Assembly (NCBI RefSeq): GCF_964204645.1
Contig: NC_134026.1
Coordinates: 8,641,950 to 8,705,949 of the forward strand
Source: Tubulanus polymorphus
Taxonomy: Eukaryota; Animalia; Nemertea
Length of the DNA stretch: 64,000 nucleotides
Direction: 5' to 3'
Made by a program: the position numbers and the translations under genes. The notes below the pieces were generated by a model. It saw only the letters and a list, made by a program, of their open reading frames with translations. It searched no databases and was not told the DNA's origin. This document shows, one piece after another, positions 38,239 to 49,890 of the stretch (the first letter of the stretch is position 1; every line of letters starts with the position of its first letter).

Positions 38239-38494
38239 GTCACAACGGCAAATAGTGGAATAAAAATTCCCCCGTCGATGAAATATCGCTCTTGAATTCA
38301 GCCAATTCAAACGACGTCTATATGATTTTATTCTAATTCATTTAGCCGCCGATAAGAACGGAAATAAGCGCGATTACATACCCGAGCACATCCGAGTAAA
38401 CATTAACAGCCATAAATGAGTATTTCTAAAAATATATACCACACATATTCACGAGAGCACGTGCCCCTTCCCACGAGATTGCACTAAAGCAGAA

Positions 38495-41400
38495 ATGTTT
38501 CGGGTCGCGTTTCTGGGATTGTTTTTGTCATCCATTTCGGCTGCTCCTGTACAGGTATGGACGGGAACGTAATTTTCTTGTTTTTTTATTACTCGAATTT
38601 CTTTCGGATGATATCTGTGATTTGGTAATTTTTTACTGACATGGTGCCCTGAAAAATTGTGATCAATGGCCACACTTGTCTAGGGGGAAACAGATTTGAA
38701 GACTTCATTCAAAATGTTCAAATGTTCAAGATCGTTGATTATGACAAAAATAGCCTTTCTATATTGAATCAATTCTCGTTCACTTTTTGAATGACACGCC
38801 TGAGCCCACTTCAGTCTTGATCCACCCTGTAGTGTGTGGAGCAACTGTACGACATGTCCCTTGTAATTTCGATTCCTAAAAGGATGCTAAGTTTCTGATA
38901 TGACCAAACAATTCGTGATAATGATCTGAATGAAGGTCATAGGTTTTCAGTAGTTAGTAAGTAGCGTTCAGTTCTGAAATATAGATTTTACCGTTATTCA
39001 AATTGCAGTTAAGATATATACATTTGTTCTAGATCGCGCATGACAATGACGATGTATGGTTGAATTCAGGTAAAAAAAAACTGTATATATATACGAAAAG
39101 TAACTTATCGCCTTGTTTTGGGGTGAAATTGGTATCGAATTTGCTTAAAAAGTCTACTTGTTTCTATGGGTTCGAATCCAGTGTCATGCGATTTCTTTTG
39201 TTCTGGTTTGTTTCTTATAGTGGCTGATTCGGGCCATAACGTAAAATGCAGGATATGCAAATGAGGGCGCCAGAACGCCAAAACGAAAAAAATCGTCTAG
39301 TTTTTTTTTTTAAATCCATTTTGGTGCGCCGTAATCAAATGATATCCCGTTTTGGAGCGCCAAAACAGAATAGAAGTCCATTTTGGTGCGCCGTAAACCA
39401 ATGATGCCCGTTTTGGAGCGCCAAAACAGAATAGAAATCCATTTCGGTGCACCAAAAGAATTTTGGAGTTTTGGCGCGGTTATTTTCATTTTGGCGCCTT
39501 CGCCAAAAAAAACATTCGACCACAGTAAAGTTATTCTATATATGCAAATATTGCAAGTATATGCAAATCAAACTCAAGGTCAACGCGCCAAATTGAAAAA
39601 CAATTTTACTGGTTGAATGATGTTTGACTTGCCCGAGGCGCCAAAACAAAAGTTCGTTTTGGTGGGGTGCCAACACGGATTTTCTAAAGGAAATTCCACG
39701 ATTTTTTGGTGTTCAGGCAGTCTGGCGCCCTAATTTGCATATCGGGAATTTTACGTTATGCCCCGAATCAGCGACCATTAGTTTCTCCACCTTAAGCGAG
39801 AAAAGAAACTTACTAATGCCCTAAGTGGTTCTCTAAGTAGACTGAAACACCTGAAGATAACCACATTAATCGTAAATATGAGGAAACGGGATATCGATTT
39901 TAAGTTCAATATTCATAATATCATCTACAGGTTTCTATCAAGGGGATATCGATATTGATGAGGTAATTTTTAAATTGCTTAAAAATACTTATCGAAACCC
40001 AATAACATCTGGTCTCAATCAGTGACCGAATTCTCAACGTAAACATTATTACAGTATCGCAATGCGATGGGGACGAAAAACAAACTGTGGAAGGACGGAA
40101 TCGTACCCTACATCATAGAAGATGAATTGATAGGTCTGTATTTAATTCCCACAAAAAATGGAGTACGTGTATCTTTACGTATCAAAAAAGCTATCTTCTA
40201 AAGCCCGCCGCATACGGCTTAACAAAAAAAACGTGAAAAAAACATTTTTTTTTCAGTGCTGCGTGTGGCGGGCTTAAGTCAGCGTTCTTGAATTTTATCA
40301 AGTTTATTGAAAAAGACCACCCAGGTCCTTAATTTCACTACAATAAATTTCAATACAATACAATACATTTGAAAAATATGATTATTACACTTTCTGATAT
40401 ATATCGTCGTTTTATTGCTTTTATAGAAAGTTATTCGAACTTTAAGATTCAAGCTGCCATGGATATACTATCAGAATACGTCAACAAGGCTGGTCGATGC
40501 ATTACATTCAAAAAGCGCACCAACGAAGATGCGTATATCTCGTTTTATAAAGGCAACGGGTAACTGCGTGTTCCGGTCATATTATGAATGAGTCAGACAC
40601 TTTCCAAAAATTTGAGTCGTGAATTTACAGAATGTATATTTTGTGAGCTGTGCAGTAAGAAGCCCGCATGACTCGTTTGACGTATGACAAACTAGGGACC
40701 GATCACGTCATAACCAGCTGTGTTTATCTCTGATTATATCTGCTATCTCATTGGCCCGTGTGTACGCAATTTTTCTTAAGATATTTGAACTGCTACATGA
40801 AATAATTAGTTTCAATTAGCGGTACAAAACAAAACGATCGTGATCTTGTTTAATTCACCAATTTTGGATTTTTGGTTTCTGGGTGAATTTCGATTGAAGA
40901 TCATCTCTAAAGAAAATATCAAGAATTTTCGATTATTTTCCTTATCGTAGAAAATAGGGATTGACCCTGTAATTTATTTGATTGGTAGATTTCGTTTGAT
41001 TTGTTTTTATTTAGTGTCCCTTAGATACACACCACACCTGCCGGGATCGATATGGGGGTTTGATTTTGAAATCGGAAATCGTAGTAAAGTTACAGTTGTG
41101 TGATCGGCGGTCAGAATACATAATCTTTTGTTTAAAAATCGTTGTACACAATTGGGAAATTCGGTTCCGGTTCATTCAACATTCAAATAATCTTCCAACC
41201 AGCCTGAAACAGCGTGACTGATTGAAGTTTACTTTGTTGGCTGCATAAATCAATTCATCGAGATTTTGGAAATAACTATTACAAGGTTTATTTTTAACAT
41301 GGACGTTTGAACTATAAGGATGGTGCACTATTCACCAGGGGCCGGATTTAGACTGCTATTATCTTTAAACCCATGCGCCCCGGGTTAAGGTTGATACCAG

Positions 41401-43171
41401 TCTAATAAGAAGCCGGCCGCAGATCGTGGGTGGAAGTCCTTGGTTTAAAATCAGTTTCGCCTATTTTCAGTTGTCATTCACCGGTTGGATCAAACGGCAG
41501 GGTACAACGTGTTTCGATCGGTGAAGGCTGCGCACAAATCAAAACAGTTCAACACGAAATTCTACATTCGCTCGGTTTTTGGCACGAACAATCCCGACCC
41601 GACAGAGATCAGTATGTTACCATACACAGGGAGAATATCGAACCAGGTAAAAAAAAAATGCTTTTACTTGCTTCTTTTCATGGTGGCTAATTCGGGCAAT
41701 ATCCTAGAATTCCTGATATGAAAATGAGGGCACCAGAAGGCCAGACGAAAACTTTTGGCGGCACCCAAAAAACGCACTTCTTTTTGGTGCGCCGCTAAAA
41801 CGGAATTCCGTTTTGGTGACCTCGCCAAAATGACGAAAAACGTCAGATTTTCTCAATAAATCACTTTTTAGAAATCCATTTTGGACGGATTTTTTCGGCG
41901 TTTTGAACAAACATTCAAACACGGCAAAATTATTTTTCAACTTGGCACGTTGACCATTAATTCAATTTGCATGCATAAAAGTGCTCGCAAAGAATAATTG
42001 AACCGCGGTTGAATGTTTGAAAAACGAAAAACGGGCACCAAAACCGATCTTTTTGAGAAAATCCGTTTTTGTTTTGGCGTTCTGGCGTTCATTTTCATAT
42101 CAAATTACGCTATAGCCTGAATCCACCACCTTGACTTCGATTGTATAAGTGAGACTAATCGTTCCACAGTCCTTGGTGAAATTCGATTCTAGATTTAAAA
42201 CTATTCGAATAAAAAACCTAAAAATCTAAACTTCAAAATATGATAAACCAAATTCACCCGGCACCTGGTGGAACTGTGTCCTGATGAATCCTTATTTTTT
42301 CTGACATCAAGCTAATAGGTATAATTTCAACATCCAGCCGGATATCGATACGCTCGGAACTCCGTATTCCTACTACTCGATCATGCACTACAAGGGAAAC
42401 GCGTTTTCGATGAACGGTAAACCGACTATTACTGCTAAAGACCCGGAGATAAAGTATCTGGGCGCTGACATGCTTTCACCTTTTTACATCGACGTAGAAC
42501 GAATCAGAATACTGTACGGATGTCCCAAGAATACACGTAATTATAACCATTATCTGTATATTTCTATGATTTTTCTTTGTTTTTATATCAAATAAATCTT
42601 TGTTAGATAATAAAGATAACAAACAGTGTATACATGACGTACCAAGTGCTAAACAACACATTTAAGGCATGTTTATTCGTCATTTTACGGTCAGCCTTTG
42701 TACATAATTAAAGATAAATATTCATTAATGAAAATAATGGGTGAAATCGCGCAATTCGCCATTTGATGCATGAGAAATATCGTTGAATGACGATTTTCTT
42801 GGATGTCTGCTGAAAAAAATCGCTTGAAAGAGAGATTATAGATATGCCCTACGAGCCCACTTCGATATGCTTCCCTCCTAATTCGATTTTCATATCAAGG
42901 TTGAAATGTAACTCATTTTTGAACTGGGCATTTTCTCATATCTACTTAATAGAATTTAATTTTGATTCATCCTTATCGCCGGTTCATTTTTCGTGGTATC
43001 TAATGAATATAGTAACACAGTTTGATTTCAGAGAGAACCAAACGAGTAACCCCAAAACCCGATTGCGTGGACCTGGACGACGATTGCGCATTGTGGGTCT
43101 CTATGGGTCAATGCATACACAATCGTTTGGGTATGGCTATCAATTGCAGAAAATCTTGTAATGTATGTTGA
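38495..43171 (+). CDS. Secreted astacin (M12A) zinc metalloprotease with C-terminal ShKT domain, copy A, 293 aa
   Basis: Exons 38495-38554, 39033-39069, 39931-39962, 40055-40133, 40427-40559, 41471-41646, 42312-42536 and 43032-43171 total 882 nt. Signal peptide MFRVAFLGLFLSSISA, pro-domain FYQGDI, RNA maturation site, HEILHSLGFWHEQSRPDRD zinc motif, SIMHY Met-turn, and the six-Cys ShKT CVDLDDDCALWVSMGQCIHNRLGMAINCRKSCNVC. AATAAA overlaps the stop codon. Confidence 0.9.
39220..39778. mobile_element. ~450-560 bp MITE family (gtggctgattcggg TIR); copies at about 41681-42130, 45609-46233 and 48382-48760
   Basis: Long imperfect TIRs gtggctgattcgggccataacgtaaaat...gatatgcaaat / atttgcatatc...ttttacgttatgccccgaatcagc. 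The element sits in introns 2 and 6 of both astacin copies. Confidence 0.8.
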
Positions 43172-43848
43172 ATAAACATCATGAAATGAAAAATATTGAT
43201 TTCGTGTTTATTAGTTGTTCCGATATTCGGACCATATCGAGATAGATATTGTTTTTCCCCTTCTTGTTGGTTTTCGAACTTGTTCGGGAATTGAATCATT
43301 TTTAACTTAAATAGGGATTGTCCATCTGTTACATATTTGATTGGTCGATTTGATTTGATTTGTTTTGATTTGGTGTACAAACCACCGCACCTATCCAGAG
43401 GCGAAACGGGGGTTTTAATTGAAATCGGAAATCGAAATACAGTGCATGTAAACGCCAAGGTAGATGAAGCACTGTGACTTGACAGGATGATTCGCCATAA
43501 GAATCACGTATTTTCAGTCATTGGAGTACGTTTTCATTATTATCATCATTATCTTTTTCTTATTCATGAAACATATTGCACATATTCTTTGGTTCTGTAT
43601 TATGTGTCCTTTAGTCGTCTCTACATAAGCAAAGTGTGTCAGTCAATCCTGAAATGTGAAATGTGGATTTTGCGAGGAAATTGGGATATATTGGTTTATC
43701 GATCCATTGCAAAAAACGCGATGGAAAAATAACGATCCCAGTCAAAATATCAACATTACTCCGCTTCGATTCGTTAGTAACTAAATCAAGCGAAATATTA
43801 GTATCTAGTTAATTGTTTATGCCGTGTTAATAGTCGCGATCACGCACG

Positions 43849-43892
43849 TATTCCTGAAGACGACTGTTAGAATAAAGTAGAAACGTTGAATA
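43849..43892 (+). ncRNA. Degenerate minimal type I hammerhead ribozyme motif of Penelope-like retroelement type (paralog at 50780-50823)
   Basis: tattc-CTGAAGA-c-gact...agta-GAAA-cg-TT-gaata. Stem I is TATTC/GAATA, both core boxes are present, and palindromic AACGTT replaces stem III. Confidence 0.5.
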
Positions 43893-44890
43893 AACTACAT
43901 TAGCTCAAGGAAACATTATCGGACTTTATTTTTTCGTCTTGATTCTGGGATATTCGTAATATTATCGTCACAACACGGATATACTGTCCACTAGAGTGGT
44001 TTGTTCAATATTCTGCGGATTTCATCGAAAGTGAAATGTCGCATGATGCGACGGAAATCGAATTTCTAACCTGAAATTTTTAACGCTAACTTCATCAACT
44101 GACTCGAGTCACAAAACGATAATATGTTCATACAAGTGATCAAAATAGAAGAACCAAAAAGCAGAACGACGAGTGACGAGAAAACAAGTATGACTTACAT
44201 GAAAACATAGATATTCACGTCAAAAATCAGAAGCTCCATGATAAATGAATACAATTTATAGGGTTTGCCCGTGTTATTTGTCGTTATCCGACAATTCAAA
44301 GTTTCTGGGATTGGGGTAGAATTAGATTCGTATTAGAATTATAAGCCGATTAATATCGGTTAAGTGTGTCGCAAACCGGTTTGCCCTAGTTTTATCAAAA
44401 CGAAAAGTCGGTTTGAATCAGCTACCGGAGAAAATTTGCTTATCCCGCCATATTGGAAAAATCGGTTGTTGTTACAAACCGCTCGCCGCCGAACGGTTCC
44501 GTTTTACGAACCGTTTTATTAATAGCTTTACGCCTAAACAAAGACGCCGATTTATCAAAACCGGTTTGTTAACCGGTATGAAAACAGACTATTTCCCTAA
44601 AAAACCGTAGCGATTTGTGCAGACCGACTTCGAACAACTGCGCCTCCTGTCACAACAGCAAATTGTAGAATGAAAATTCCCCCGTCGATGAAATATCGCT
44701 CTTAATTTAAGCCAATTCAAACGACGTCTATGTATTATTAGCCGCCGATAAGAACGGAAATAAGCGCGATTACATAACGGAGCACATCCGAGTAAACATT
44801 AACAGCCATAAATGGGCATTTCTAAAAAGATAGATACCACACTTATTCAGCAGAGCACGTGTCCGTTCCCACAAGATTACCAAAGCAGAA

Positions 44891-47800
44891 ATGTTTCGGG
44901 TCACGTTTCTGGGATTGTTTTTGTCATCAATTTCGGCTGCTCCTGTACAGGTATGGACGGGAACGTAATTTTCTTGTTTGTTTTTTTATTACTCCAATTG
45001 CTTTCAGATGAAATCGGTTATTTGGTAATTTTTGACTGACAAGGTGCCCTGGAAAATTGCGATCACGGATTAATGCCCGGACTTGTCAAGGCGAACAGAT
45101 TTGAAGACCTCATTTAAAATGTTCAAGGTTTGATCGTTGATTATGACAACACTGCAACGCTGAGGAGCTGACTCAGGGTTTTAATTAAGTTGTTCAAAAT
45201 TAACAATTCAATATTGAATCAATTCTCGTTCACTTTTGGGTGACACGCCGGAGCCATCTTCAGGAATTGATCCACCCTGTAGTGTGTGAACTGTATGACA
45301 TGTCCCTTATAATTTCAATTCCTAAGTTCTGACATGATCAAATAATGCGTGATAATGAACTGTGAAGATCTGTTCAGTTAGCGAGCAGCTCTGAAATATA
45401 GATGTTAACGTTATTCAAATTGGACATTTGTTTTAGATCGCACATGACAATGACGATGTATGGTTGAATTCAGGTAAAAAAAATTATAGCTAAATCATAA
45501 GACAATTAACATATCACCTTTTGGGATGAAGGTGTAATCTAATACAAAAATTTTACATTTTACATTCTGGGTTCGAATACGGTGGCATGCGATTTCTTCT
45601 GTTCTTATGATGGCTGATTCGGGTTATAACGTAAAATGCCTGATATGCAAATGAAGGTGCCAGGAACGCCAAAACAAAAAAAAACAAATCGTCTAATTTT
45701 CTTTAAAAATCCATTTTGGTGCGTCGGAAACAACTGATATCCCGTTTTGGAGCGCCAGAACAGAATAGAAATACATTTCGGCGTGCTAAAAGATTTTTTG
45801 GCGTTTAGGTGCGCCAAAAAACAATCATTCGACCACAGTAAAGTTATTCTATATATGCAAATCACAGGGCTCGTATTGATGTTTGGGGTGAACTGTAGCT
45901 TAGATCATCCAGTATCCCTGGTACTAAAAAAGAACCAGGGATACTGGATGATCTAAGCTACAGTTCACCCCCAAACATCAAATACGAGCCCATGTGATGC
46001 AAACATTGCAAATATATGCAAATCAAACTCAGGGTCAACGCGCCAAATTGAAAAATAATTTTACTGGTTGAATAATGTTTGACTTGGTGGTGGCGCCAAA
46101 ACAAAATAATGTTCGTTTAGGCGGTGTGCCAAAGCGGATTTTTAAAAGGAAATCCGACGATCTTTTGGTGTTCAGGCGTTCTGGCACCCTTTGAATATCA
46201 GGAATTTATCGTTATGCCCTGAATCATCGACCATCAATTTCTCCACCTTAAGCGAGAAAAGAAACCTACTAAAAATGCCTTAGTGGTTCTCTAAGTGGGC
46301 TGAACTATCTGAAAATAACCACATCGAAATATGAGGAAATGGGATATCGATTTTTAAAGTTCAATATTCATTATATCATTTACAGGTTTCTATCAAGGAG
46401 ACATCGATATTGATGAGGTAATCTTTAAATCGAAACCCAATATAACATATTGTGTCGATCAGTGACCGAACTCTAAACGGACACCTTTTTACAGTATCGC
46501 AATGCGATAGGGACGAAAAAGAAACTGTGGAAGGACGGAATCGTACCCTACATCATAGAAGATGAATTGATAGGTCTGTATTTAATTCCCACATAAAACG
46601 TAGTACACGGCATAACAGAAAACATCGAAAACTTTTTCAAGAGGGGAAAAACTTTTTTTTTCGGTGCCGTGTGTTGTGGGCTTTTATGTCAGCGTTCTTG
46701 AATTATATTACGTTTAAGTTTAAGTTTATTGAAATAGACGACACAAGCCCTTAATTTCATTACTATGAATTTTGATACAATACAATACATTTGGAAAATG
46801 TGATTATGTCACTTTCTAATATGTATCGTAATTCTATTGCTTTTCTAGAAAGTGGTTCGAACTTTACGATTCAAGCTGCCATGGATATACTATCAAAACA
46901 CGTCAACAAGGCTGGTCGATGCATTACATTCAAAAATCGCACCAGTGAAGATGCGTACATCTCGTTTTATAAAGGCAACGGGTAACTGCGTATTCCGGTC
47001 CTATGAATGAAAGTCAGACACATTGCAAAAACTTGAGTCGTGAATTTACAGAATGTATATTTTGTAAGCTGTATGGTATAGAGCCTAACTCAGGTCGCAC
47101 AAGATCAGACGGGTCGTACGGAATTGGGAGCCAGTCAATGATTTTTCAGTCAGGGATTTTTTACTTTAGATCGTTAAGCCGATCTATCCTCCCCCGGTAG
47201 GGATTCGAATCCGATGACATGGAGATCGCCACGGTACGAAACCCTGCCACACTAGACCGAGTGCGCAGCTACACGCGCAGCTTAGATGATGTCATTATCA
47301 TCCAATCAGATATCCCGTTTCATTTTAGCCCGGATTTTCCCATTTATAGTTATTCCGTAAAATTCACCTCAGCGATTATACAACGAGCAATCTGATTGGT
47401 GCCGCAAGTTTTCGCGCAGCAAATCTGCGCTTTTACCTGCGTACCCGGTCTACTATGGCAGGAGTTCGTGCCGTGGCTGAGTGTAGCGATACCATCCGGT
47501 TCGATGCCGAGAGAGGATGAAGCCGATCGGGCATTCTATTTCTTACGACGATCGGAACGGAACTGAGTGTACTTACGACCGATCGTAAGGTCATAGCCAA
47601 TGAACAGCGATGTACAAGTCACAAATTCATTTATTCGTCGTAAATCAAAAGTACATGATGGCGAATGAAATAGAACAAAAACAGAAAGGTTGAACAACAT
47701 AAACAATAAAGAGAAGAGACAAACAATATAATGTTATATCTAACATGACCTGATGAGTATAGCTAAAGATCCGACAAACGAGTCTTGACACGAGCGTTCT

Positions 47801-49890
47801 TAAGACCGAATCGTAGACTCTCGCGTTGTAAAAACCCGCTGTGTTTATCTCCATTTTCTGTTATCTCATCGGCGCGTATATAAAAGGCCGTCACATTTTC
47901 TAAGGATATTTGAACTGCTCGGTACAAAGTAAAACATTCAATGGTCAATATCATTTAATTCACTATCGTTAATTTCGGGTTTTTGATGAAATTCGATTAG
48001 AGATCGTTTTGACGATCAACAGATCGTTCTCAAACACACACATTTAGAATCTAAAGAATACCCAATTAGTTTTTTAACACGGGCGTATAAACTATATAGG
48101 GGCGATGCACTATTCACCAGATCATGGATGTCCACGATTTTAAATCAGTTTCGCCTATTTTCAGTTGTCATTCACCGGTTGGAGCAAACGGCAGGGTACA
48201 ACGGGTTTCGATCGGTGAAGGCTGCGCACAAATAAAAACAGTTCAACACGAAATTCTACATTCGCTCGGTTTTTGGCACGAACAATCCCGACCCGACAGA
48301 GATCAGTATGTCACCATACACAAGGAGAATATCAAACCAGGTAAATTGCTTTTACTTTCAGAGTGAGAAACACGCCGATTTCATGGTGACTGATTTAGGC
48401 CTTAACGTAAAATTCTTCATGCGCGCCAAAAGGTCATAAGATAAGAAAAACAAACTTTCCTTTTGGTGACCTACCAAAACGAAAAAAGACAAATTTTCTC
48501 AAAAAATCTCATTTTGCCCACGCTAAAACAAACATTCAACCACGGCAAAAAATTATCTTATTTTCAATTTGGCGCGTTGACTCTACATTTCATATATCTG
48601 CATAAAAGTTCCCACAAGGTATAATTTCACCGTGCTGGAATCGTTGAAAAATCGTCACCAAAACCGATATCTTTGAGAAAATTCGACGATTATTTTCATT
48701 TTGGCGTTCTGGCGACCTCTCTTGCATATCAGATTGCGTCATAGTCTGAATCAGCCATCATACGATTTCGATGTAAGTGAGATTGATCGTTCCACAATCC
48801 TCGGAAAAAAATTGATCTAGGTTTAAAACATTCGAATAAAAAACATAATCTAAACTCTAGAATAGGGATCTGATGAATCATTTTTTTCTGTCATCAAGCT
48901 TACAGGCGTAATTTCAAGATCCAGTCGAATATCGATACGCTCGGAACTCCGTATTCCTACTACTCGATCATGCACTACAAGCGAAACGCGTTTTCGATGA
49001 ACGGTAAACCGACTATTACTGCTAAAGACCCGAAGATAAAGTATCTGGGCGCCGGACCTTATCATATCGACGTAGAACGAATCCAAATACTTTACGGATG
49101 TCCCAAGAATACACGTAATTATAACTATTATCTGTATATCTATTTCTATGGTTTTTTTCGTTCTATATCAAATAAATCTTCATTAGATAAGAGAAAGATA
49201 ACAAACAGTGTATACATGAGGTACAGTGCTACATAACACATTTTAGGCATTTTTATTCATTTCTGTGACTCATTTATGGTCATCCTTCTTACATAACATC
49301 TTTAATGTAATATTCGGTGCAATAACGCAGTTTGACATTTGATGGATGAGAAATATCCCTGAATGATGATGATGATTTTCCTGAGATGTCTGTTGAAAAA
49401 TAATCAATTGAAAGAAAAATTATAGATATGCACCGAGCTTACTTCATCAAAAAAGGCCATACTAAAATGGATTTCTGTATCGTCTATAGACAGAAGAAAA
49501 TGTAAAAAAGTTTTCATCGTGCCGCTAGCCGATGCACATTTCACAACTCTTCTTATATTTTTTCATAAATTTTCATAATTATTTTGAGAGGATGACGTCA
49601 TAAATATATCTGGTTACACTAGTTGCTGATCAATTCAATCCAATTATTAATATATTCAAATTAAAAAAATCTTTATTAATCCTTAATATGATATAATCTA
49701 TATTGTAATATTCTATGATCTATCGTTGACAATATCAAACAATAAAAGTGTTAACTCTCAGGGTGTTGATAAACTTTCAAGCAAGTTTTCTTAATTAGTA
49801 TGGCCTGAATCAGCCACCAATCGCCTGTTCATTTTTCGGCATATCTAATGAACATAGTAACACAGTTTGATTTCAGAGAGAACCAAATGA
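44891..49890 (+). CDS. Astacin metalloprotease copy B, ending at a premature TGA before the ShKT domain (ShKT remnant in frame to 50016)
   Basis: Exons 44891-44950, 45437-45473, 46386-46417, 46495-46573, 46849-46981, 48165-48340, 48899-49114 and 49877-49890. Zinc motif and SIMHY are intact. Codon CGA of copy A is TGA at 49888-49890. Confidence 0.85.
45863..45996. mobile_element. 134-bp near-perfect hairpin insertion unique to copy B
   Basis: cacagggctcgtatt...ccagtatccctggt-actaaaaaaga-accagggatactgg...aatacgagcccatgtg, flanked by atgcaaat / atgcaaac. The empty site in copy A is at about 39541. Confidence 0.88.
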
